Under the pieces are notes generated by a model. It worked only from the letters and a program-made list of their open reading frames with translations, made no database searches and had not been told where the DNA came from. Below, piece by piece: positions 58,801-64,000 of a stretch of DNA of 64,000 bases. Source of the stretch: a virus (lineage: Duplodnaviria; Caudoviricetes); the IMG/VR virus record IMGVR_UViG_3300023174_000048, positions 128,001-192,000 of that record; one strand, written 5' to 3'. Position numbers and translations under genes: made by a program. The stretch's first letter is position 1; the number at the start of each line of letters is the position of its first letter.

Positions 58801-60723
58801 TGTTCCGGCCCCTCCATTATTCACAGTTAAGGTATTGGTAGTAAGACCTATTCTACTATCATTGCCTTGACAGAAAGTATTGGCTGTAGTACCGAAACTA
58901 CCCGTAGTTAAAGCTCCTGCTGTTGTTGTTATGATTGGCAAATTAGCATTTGATCCGATAGCTCCAACATTACTTATATTCCCGTGAGTATGACTTGCAG
59001 TAGCAAAACTACTAGAATTTAAAGAACTATCCTTAACAATCTTGCCTGTTGTTCCATCAAACATAGCAAAATTACCACTAGTAGCACTAGCTGGACCAGT
59101 AACAAGAATACTAGAGTCAACAATATTAGTTTGAAGAATATTCCAATTACTACCAACGGATGCGTGAGTGCCAGCGGCAGTGCTGTCTGTTCCACAAATT
59201 ATTGTATCATTAACCTCTACTACTGGACCAGAAGCTCCACCAATTCTACCAGCAACGCTAATTTTATATACCCAACCTCTATCAGCAGCCGGATAGTTGG
59301 GATTGGCTGAACAATCTATTGTTCCTTTGAAAATCATAGCGTCATTAATTGCTATACCACTGACTATAGCATTATCAACATATGTTTTAACAGCATCAGC
59401 TCTTGGTAATGCTGATGATCCGCCAGTTAATGTTGTTTCAACACTATAAGGAGCTGATATTGCGCTAGTTCCATTACCAACAAGAATATTGTTAGCTGTT
59501 AATGTTGTTGCTCCAGTACCACCTTTATCTACAGCGATTGTGGATGCTCTCCATTCTCCATTAGTTATAGCAGCTACTCCAACAAGATCAAAAGTTATTC
59601 TGAATGGAGCAGATGACGTGTCACCGTGTAATCCTGCTAAAAAATATCCAGAAGATACACCTTGTTGACCAGTATAATAATCAAAATAGTTATCTCCACC
59701 GCCACCAATACTCAAAGATGGAATATTACTAAAAGACCCAGTATGAGATATATTTATTCTGTCGCCAAAAGTTTTTCTTCCATTTACAGTTTGATTTCCT
59801 GTGGTTCTAACAACAGTACTATCACTAGTAGATACTTTACCATCTATTTGTGTCTGAATAGCACTAGTAACACCTTTTACATATGCTAATTCTGTTAATG
59901 ATGGATATGTAGCTGTAGATAACGATGTAACATTTTTATTAGCGTCAAAACTTGCGATTGTGCTAGCTGTTTGATTAGCTATATTTAATCCGCTAGCAAA
60001 GATTCCGCTGCCATTAACATGAAGTTTTGCCGAAGGAGTTGAAATTCCAATACCAACATTGCCACTATCCTCTCTTACTGCTATTCTGGGACTAGCTAAT
60101 GTTCCTCCGCCATAAGCATAATGAATTATACTATCTGATCCAAGCCAATACTCTGCAGCAATTGGAGTAGCAAGTCCATCAAATAATCCTGCTCCACTAG
60201 CTCCAGGTCCAAGTTGGTCTCCAAGTCTAAATCCTGATTGGTATCCTGTTCCAAATTCTGCATTGCCATCAAATGATTTAAAACCCGCCATTCTCTGTGC
60301 TCCTGTTGTTCTAATAACAGTACTATCAACAGCAATGCTATCAGCACTAACGCTTATCCCATCACCTTGTCCAATATTAAATGTTCTATCAGTACTAAGA
60401 TCAAGAGCCGCTGACCCAGCTAAGCCGCTTCCAGGAGTGATAGTTCTACTAGTATAAACTCCACTAGTTACTGTGCCAGCATTTCCTGTTATTGCTATTG
60501 GCCAGGTACCAGTGGCGTTAGTTCCACCTCTTAATGAATATGCTCCGCTACCACCAATAGCAGGAACAGACTGAGATACGCCACCGGTTCCGCTGCCGTA
60601 AGCATAATATAATATATTATCATTTTCATTAAAGGCTAATTCACCATTGTATAACGATGCTGATGATGGGGCGCCAGCTGATCCGCTTGATGGTCTTCTT
60701 TTAATTCTGATAGTATTAGCCAT
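55858..60723 (-). CDS. Long fibre protein (1621 aa) with internal duplications
   Basis: N-terminal IKRR...AP....NGELAFNE; Gly/Thr/Ser/Ala-rich; contains DAATKAYVD...GLDVKQSVRVATTANITLSGTQTIDG...DRVLVKDQ...QNGIYV, a common phage fibre module. Confidence 0.85.
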   Translation of the reverse strand: MANTIRIKRRPSSGSAGAPSSASLYNGELAFNENDNILYYAYGSGTGGVSQSVPAIGGSGAYSLRGGTNATGTWPIAITGNAGTVTSGVYTSRTITPGSGLAGSAALDLSTDRTFNIGQGDGISVSADSIAVDSTVIRTTGAQRMAGFKSFDGNAEFGTGYQSGFRLGDQLGPGASGAGLFDGLATPIAAEYWLGSDSIIHYAYGGGTLASPRIAVREDSGNVGIGISTPSAKLHVNGSGIFASGLNIANQTASTIASFDANKNVTSLSTATYPSLTELAYVKGVTSAIQTQIDGKVSTSDSTVVRTTGNQTVNGRKTFGDRINISHTGSFSNIPSLSIGGGGDNYFDYYTGQQGVSSGYFLAGLHGDTSSAPFRITFDLVGVAAITNGEWRASTIAVDKGGTGATTLTANNILVGNGTSAISAPYSVETTLTGGSSALPRADAVKTYVDNAIVSGIAINDAMIFKGTIDCSANPNYPAADRGWVYKISVAGRIGGASGPVVEVNDTIICGTDSTAAGTHASVGSNWNILQTNIVDSSILVTGPASATSGNFAMFDGTTGKIVKDSSLNSSSFATASHTHGNISNVGAIGSNANLPIITTTAGALTTGSFGTTANTFCQGNDSRIGLTTNTLTVNNGGAGTASSFTFNGNTAQTISYNSIGAPSISGTNATGTWGISINGNAATVTSGVYTSRTLTAGSGLVGGGDLSSDKIFDIGQGDGISVTADTIAVDSTVVRTTGNQTLGGTLTVNGGTITVSGVTLDTTELGRIDGITTVGTVQANKVVTADANRDVSNFRNVSIGGNLTVTGTGLVASNINDFNTAVRTNRLDQMAVPTASVSMNSQALTNVLDPTNPQDAATKAYVDAARSGLDVKQSVRVATTANITLSGTQTIDGVVLSAGDRVLVKDQSTGSQNGIYVVAAGAWSRATDADLDAEVTAGMFTFVAEGTTNADSGWVLTTNDSITLGTTALAFAQFSGAGQITAGSGLTKSGNTLGLATAYGDTVNPYGSKTANTVLAAPNGSSGAPSFRALVSSDIPQLGSITNAGAIGSTANLPIITTTAGALTTGNFGSTANTFCQGNDSRLSDTRNTTNSITINNGGAGDSSSFTFNGSAARTISYNSIGSPSISGTNATGTWNISISGNAATVTSGVYTSGSYADPTWISSLAKSKVGLSNVTNDAQIKKLASSTNGNIPIWNGTTGDALSDGYSVQTTLSSSSTAIPRADAVITYVDSLLAANDAMIFKGTIGGGTPGTLPTGTISAGWTYRVVATGTYAGVVCEIGDLIIGVADAAGNVNSTWTVAQTNIDGAVVGPASSTDNALAVYNGATGKLIKNSSFVPTTVGGNLINLTNPSAITFPKINADNTVSTESNSTYRTSLGATTVGSNFFTLTNPSAVSFIRVNADNTVTSRSASELKTDLSLDNVQNTALSTWAGSTNITTLGTIGTGTWSATTIAANKGGTGQSSYAVGDLLYADTSSTLAKLADVATGNALLAGGVGVAPSWGKIGLTTHVTGTLPVANGGTGDTTYTNGQLLIGNSTGNTLTKATLTQGTAIDITNSTGSITIGHNDTSTLSGAQGSNGIASFTVDGMGHVTAVTTATYLTAATVCASIVDCSLDGGTF
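57260..58990 (-). repeat. Internal duplication in the 1621-aa fibre gene
   Basis: GAIGS.ANLPIITTTAGALTTG.FG.TANTFCQGNDSR...NNGGAG..SSFTFNG..A.TISYNSIG.PSISGTNATGTW.ISI.GNAATVTSGVYTS occurs at about 58650-58990 and 57260-57600. Confidence 0.85.
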
Positions 60724-60754
60724 TATTAATATTCCTTAAGAGAGAGAGATTAAA

Positions 60755-60767
60755 ACTATATACACCT
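60755..60767 (-). promoter_or_regulatory. GTGTA-led intergenic motif, copy 2
   Basis: AGGTGTATATAG upstream of the 1621-aa fibre gene. Confidence 0.5.
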
Positions 60768-60775
60768 ATATTTTA

Positions 60776-61477
60776 TTAAATAATTCCTCCATCAATACTA
60801 CCAGAATTGGTCCACATAGACGAGGAACTATCATATTTTAATAAGTCTGTATTTTTTTCATTATCAATGTCTATTCCATTTAATTCTTTTAATTTTGGAT
60901 TTATAAATGGCCTAGTTAATATGCTTCCGTTAATGTTGCTGTATAATATCAAACCAACTAAAATAATATTATATTTGGGTTTAACATTTGTCAGCTTTCC
61001 ATAGTCATATCTATTTACATATAATATATCTCCATTAGACCATGATTCATTTCCGATAGCCAAATTGCTTATATTTCCAGTAGTGTCTATTCCAGATAAA
61101 ACCCCAAATAATATTACATATCCTGAAGATCCATTAGGAATATATGACGATGATAATCCTAAAAATTTTTTTTCATTTAAAGTATTGTTTGCAATATATA
61201 GTCCAACATAAGGCAAATTACTAACAGAATCATATCCAGATATATAAACAGCCTGTCCTTTATTAATAGCATAGCCAGTATTGTTTTTAACCTCAAGAAC
61301 ATTTTCTGAAGATCCTATATATTTTAGATTATTCCAAGTATCACTACCATTACCTATTTTGAGCTTATTAGTATCTATTTCAAATCCAAGTTCTCCAATA
61401 GACAAAATAGGATTTATTAACATCCATTCACTAGATGATCCTCTTCTTACTTGAATCAAATGGCTTTGTGCAGGCAT
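60776..61477 (-). CDS. Short fibre protein: Mtd_N-like N-terminus plus beta-tulip/cement-like module
   Basis: IQVRRGSSSEW...NPILSIGELGFEIDTNKLKIGNG...WNNLKY resembles the major-tropism-determinant N-terminal domain; followed by VKNNTG..INKGQAVYISG. Confidence 0.75.
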   Translation of the reverse strand: MPAQSHLIQVRRGSSSEWMLINPILSIGELGFEIDTNKLKIGNGSDTWNNLKYIGSSENVLEVKNNTGYAINKGQAVYISGYDSVSNLPYVGLYIANNTLNEKKFLGLSSSYIPNGSSGYVILFGVLSGIDTTGNISNLAIGNESWSNGDILYVNRYDYGKLTNVKPKYNIILVGLILYSNINGSILTRPFINPKLKELNGIDIDNEKNTDLLKYDSSSSMWTNSGSIDGGII

Positions 61478-61803
61478 TAGGGGCTTCCTCCGTCAATAAG
61501 AGCAGGCCCAACAAGAGTTATATGGTATTGTAAAATATGATTTTGCATAGAAGTGGTTGATGACTGATCGACATAATCTGTTAAGCCACTAACTCTAGTA
61601 TAAGGAAGATCTCCGATAGTATTTTCTATAGGATATCCATAAGGCAAATCACTAGCTAATATTTTTTCAGTATTAACTATGTTAATAGTGTTATTATATT
61701 GATGTTCAACTGTTATATTATCAGTAACAGTATCTAATATGCTTGTTTCTATCTCAATAGTATTAGCTACTGGCTCTAAAATTTCAAGTATAAAATCACT
61801 CAT
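61477..61803 (-). CDS. Hypothetical protein (108 aa)
   Basis: Coupled to both neighbours; ends IDGGSP. Confidence 0.65.
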   Translation of the reverse strand: MSDFILEILEPVANTIEIETSILDTVTDNITVEHQYNNTINIVNTEKILASDLPYGYPIENTIGDLPYTRVSGLTDYVDQSSTTSMQNHILQYHITLVGPALIDGGSP

Positions 61804-62202
61804 TTAGCACACTAGTTGGTTTAAAGATTGACTAAATCGTTTAACAAAAGATATTGTTCCAAACAATAATCTTATAGTATATTTTCCTCCACTAGCATAT
61901 AAATCATCTGGGCTTTGTAATTCTAAATCATATTTAGCCATACTAAAAGTATAAGTATTAGTGACTGATGCGGGAATCATAAGAGTTAATTTGCCATTAA
62001 CTCCATCTATAGTAAATTTATATAAACTATAATCTGTATTTTTAGAGCTAAAAGTTTGAGAAGCATTAGTATTGGTTTTCCAGATTAATCGGGCACACCA
62101 ATTAGTTAAATTTATAGGATTTCCATTAGAATCTTTATAAACTAGACTAATTTTAAATGATGTACCTTGCTCTATAGCAAAATCATATTTACTTGCTGCC
62201 AT
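61804..62202 (-). CDS. BppU_N/Ig-like small virion protein
   Basis: YDFAIEQGTSF...YKDSNGNPINLT...AKYDLEL...IRLLFGTI; paralogous to the N-terminus of 45209..46207. Confidence 0.75.
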   Translation of the reverse strand: MAASKYDFAIEQGTSFKISLVYKDSNGNPINLTNWCARLIWKTNTNASQTFSSKNTDYSLYKFTIDGVNGKLTLMIPASVTNTYTFSMAKYDLELQSPDDLYASGGKYTIRLLFGTISFVKRFSQSLNQLVC

Positions 62203-62234
62203 AGTATTTACCCATTAGTGTTAGTGGTACAATA

Positions 62235-62246
62235 AGTAATACACCT
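62235..62246 (-). promoter_or_regulatory. GTGTA-led intergenic motif (candidate late promoter), copy 1
   Basis: AGGTGTATTAC immediately after the MCP terminator, upstream of 61804..62202. Confidence 0.5.
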
Positions 62247-62249
62247 AAT

Positions 62250-62279
62250 AAAAAAGGCCAGCCGCGAGGCCAGCCTTTC
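62250..62279 (-). terminator. Rho-independent terminator after the major capsid gene
   Basis: Minus strand AAAGGCTGGCC-TCGC-GGCTGGCCTTT forms an 11-bp stem with two G-U pairs and ends in a T tract (CCTTTTTT). Confidence 0.85.
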
Positions 62280-62309
62280 TTATTTTGGTTATTAGAACCA
62301 GTTTAATAA

Positions 62310-63329
62310 TTAGAGAGCGCCAACAAGTACTCTACGATTATCAAGAACAGCAAAGCCAAGCTCTGCCCAGCCGTAGAAACCGGCTCTCTTCTGACGATGT
62401 AGTGTTTCGTCTTCAAAGATTTGAACTTCTTGACGAATTGGCATTATGAAACTGTCTCTCTTGCGTTGATCAAGACCAACTACAATCTCAGTCTTGCCTC
62501 CTGGCATTGAGGCACCCAGGCCACCAGAAGCAGAACTGTAGAATAGTTGATACTGTTGACCAACACCTAGTTCGTCAAGGTCGTGAAGGTTAACGCCGAA
62601 TACTCTATTGATAGCGCCATCATTGGCAGTATAGATTTCTCTGCGTGTTACTTCGTCAACTTGATCGATACCCCAGTTACGAATATCTTCCATGGCCTCT
62701 GGACTAACGTAAAGATCAGTTAGTAAGCCTCTATTGTTTGATGTGCTGTTACCACCACCGTTACGACGCATAACAGTTTTCATGAGACTCACTAAACGCT
62801 TTGTGAACTGACTAGCATTAGCATCACTATCATATACTACGATATTGCGATCAACACCAGCAGCAAGTAGTGTGTGCCAACCATCATCATTCATCTTCTT
62901 TACGAAAGAAGCTTCGAGAACTTCCATAGCACGACCAACAACGTCCCAGCGGGCGTCACGAGCATACTTTAGAAGATAGTCGATACTAGCACCAACGTCA
63001 TAGGTTGGAACCATGACGTAATCGCCTTCAACATGGCGCTCTGGAATGTAGCCATGATTTGGGATTGTATAGGCAACGAAGTCTTTTTCTGTGCCTGGAG
63101 CTAAGAAATCGAGTGGGAATTCTGGAGTAGCACTTTGAGCTAATTGGATTGGCTCGAAGATACCATCAAGAACATCGCCACTAAGAATACCCTTACGAAG
63201 AGGAAGCTCAAGAGCTTTTGCAAATTCTGCATTAGCAGCAAGAGCGGTCTCTCTGTTGGCCGAACCAGAACGCATTAGAAGGTCTGTTAATTCTGGTGTT
63301 GGCTGAAATCTTTCGGTTTTAGCTGACAT
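62310..63329 (-). CDS. Major capsid protein (HK97-fold)
   Basis: 339 aa with strong GGGAGA RBS; visibly more GC-rich, with C-ending codons typical of highly expressed genes; followed by a terminator. P-domain-like LYVSPEAMEDIR and C-terminal IFED..LHRQKRAGFYGWAELGFAVLD. Confidence 0.85.
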   Translation of the reverse strand: MSAKTERFQPTPELTDLLMRSGSANRETALAANAEFAKALELPLRKGILSGDVLDGIFEPIQLAQSATPEFPLDFLAPGTEKDFVAYTIPNHGYIPERHVEGDYVMVPTYDVGASIDYLLKYARDARWDVVGRAMEVLEASFVKKMNDDGWHTLLAAGVDRNIVVYDSDANASQFTKRLVSLMKTVMRRNGGGNSTSNNRGLLTDLYVSPEAMEDIRNWGIDQVDEVTRREIYTANDGAINRVFGVNLHDLDELGVGQQYQLFYSSASGGLGASMPGGKTEIVVGLDQRKRDSFIMPIRQEVQIFEDETLHRQKRAGFYGWAELGFAVLDNRRVLVGAL

Positions 63330-63358
63330 GTGTTTTTCTCCCTTTATTTAAAAATGAA

Positions 63359-63835
63359 TTATAGGTTAACTGATACTTTGGCATAACCGTCGGCGTCTTT
63401 GGCACTTAGGAACTGGCCAATCTTAACAGCGTTAGTTGAGCTTGTTCCAATTAGACCGCTGACACCAACATAAGCATCAGCACCAGCAGATGGTGTTGTG
63501 CCTGCAACTAGTTGATTTGTGGTTACTTGACCTACTCGAAGTAGGGTTACCTTTCCACCAACTTGTGTTTCGTCTTTGTGCCAATTGATATGTTGTCTTG
63601 TTAGATCAAGATTAACAACATCATTTAGTAGAATGCCTACTGGCTTAGCGCCAGAAGCAACAGCAGCATATGCTACGACAGCATTGCCATCATCCATTGA
63701 AACGCCAACGCCGCTAGTAGCTGTTACAACACTAGCAACACCACCACGCTCAACATAAGTTGAACCAGCTGGGATAGATGTCATGAAGAATGAAACGTCA
63801 GTTAAAAGTTCGATACGATCTGGTTTTAGAGCCAT
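63359..63835 (-). CDS. Capsid decoration/cement protein (beta-tulip-like)
   Basis: 158-aa Gly/Ala/Val-rich ORF directly upstream of the MCP, with GGAGA RBS and the same codon bias; KPVGILLNDV...GKVTLLRVGQV...AYVGVSGLI. Confidence 0.75.
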   Translation of the reverse strand: MALKPDRIELLTDVSFFMTSIPAGSTYVERGGVASVVTATSGVGVSMDDGNAVVAYAAVASGAKPVGILLNDVVNLDLTRQHINWHKDETQVGGKVTLLRVGQVTTNQLVAGTTPSAGADAYVGVSGLIGTSSTNAVKIGQFLSAKDADGYAKVSVNL

Positions 63836-63869
63836 TGTAATTTCTCCGTATTTAGTTGGTTATTACTTA

Positions 63870-64000
63870 TTAGTTTTTCTTGCCTAGTTTACTTGATACA
63901 AATTCGACCAATGCTGCTCTAGTTGATTCTAGTGCAGATTCTACATCGCTACTGCCAACACCTAGATTAATATTAGCTTCAACCTCGGCTGTTTCTAATA
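63870..64000 (-). CDS. 3' end of an upstream gene, probably scaffold/prohead protease
   Basis: Manual translation ...LETAEVEANINLGVGSSDVESALESTRAALVEFVSSKLGKKN*, stop at 63870-63872. Identity is inferred from position only. Confidence 0.55.
   Translation of the reverse strand, partial: LETAEVEANINLGVGSSDVESALESTRAALVEFVSSKLGKKN

Noticed and set aside
60740-60749. (GA)5 microsatellite upstream of the 1621-aa fibre gene
   Set aside because: Too short to support phase variation; no other evidence.
535-63758. All other short plus-strand ORFs in the track
   Set aside because: Each lies entirely opposite a long minus-strand gene and has no recognisable motif; expected shadows.
1-64000. Stop-codon reassignment (code 15 or 4), as in some large phages
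   Set aside because: Very long ORFs are open in code 11, and TAA, TGA and TAG all end genes at tight junctions.
1-64000. CRISPR array, tRNA, rRNA, integrase/transposase, intein or group I/II intron
   Set aside because: No constant-repeat/unique-spacer pattern, cloverleaf, or splicing/mobility motif recognised; almost no non-coding space remains.

Overview
This window is the virion-morphogenesis region of a large, AT-rich, tailed dsDNA phage, most likely a long non-contractile (sipho-like) type. All credible genes are on the minus strand, in standard code 11, tightly packed, with AGGA/GGAG ribosome-binding sites. In transcription order (high to low coordinates): the 3' end of a probable scaffold/protease gene; capsid decoration protein; major capsid protein followed by a terminator; a ~15 kb cluster of fibre/adhesin genes placed unusually between capsid and neck genes; neck/connector genes; tail terminator; tail tube; two paralogous tail-assembly-chaperone-like genes; a terminator; a 5565-aa tape measure protein (TMP); a second cluster of fibre/baseplate genes; and a 1589-codon ORF that runs off the left edge and is missing from the ORF track. 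The standout is the TMP. After a normal TP901-type core it carries a string of apparently intact enzyme domains: SNase nuclease, two HExxH metallopeptidases, P-loop kinase, NMNAT/NadD-like nucleotidyltransferase, a PD-(D/E)xK-like nuclease and an ADP-ribosyltransferase. These are separated by repeated [FYL]-x-x-G-G-x-V motifs and bracketed by four copies of a ~70-aa DTVPAML(T/E)PGEFV cassette, so the TMP looks like a modular effector cargo co-ejected with the genome. Other points of interest are two circularly permuted FGE-sulfatase/C-type-lectin-fold domains, a GTGTA-led candidate late promoter in five intergenic spacers, and shared anchoring modules among fibre proteins. All domain calls come from motif recognition by eye and need HMM/structure confirmation. 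No tRNA, rRNA, CRISPR array, integrase, intein or reverse transcriptase was recognised.
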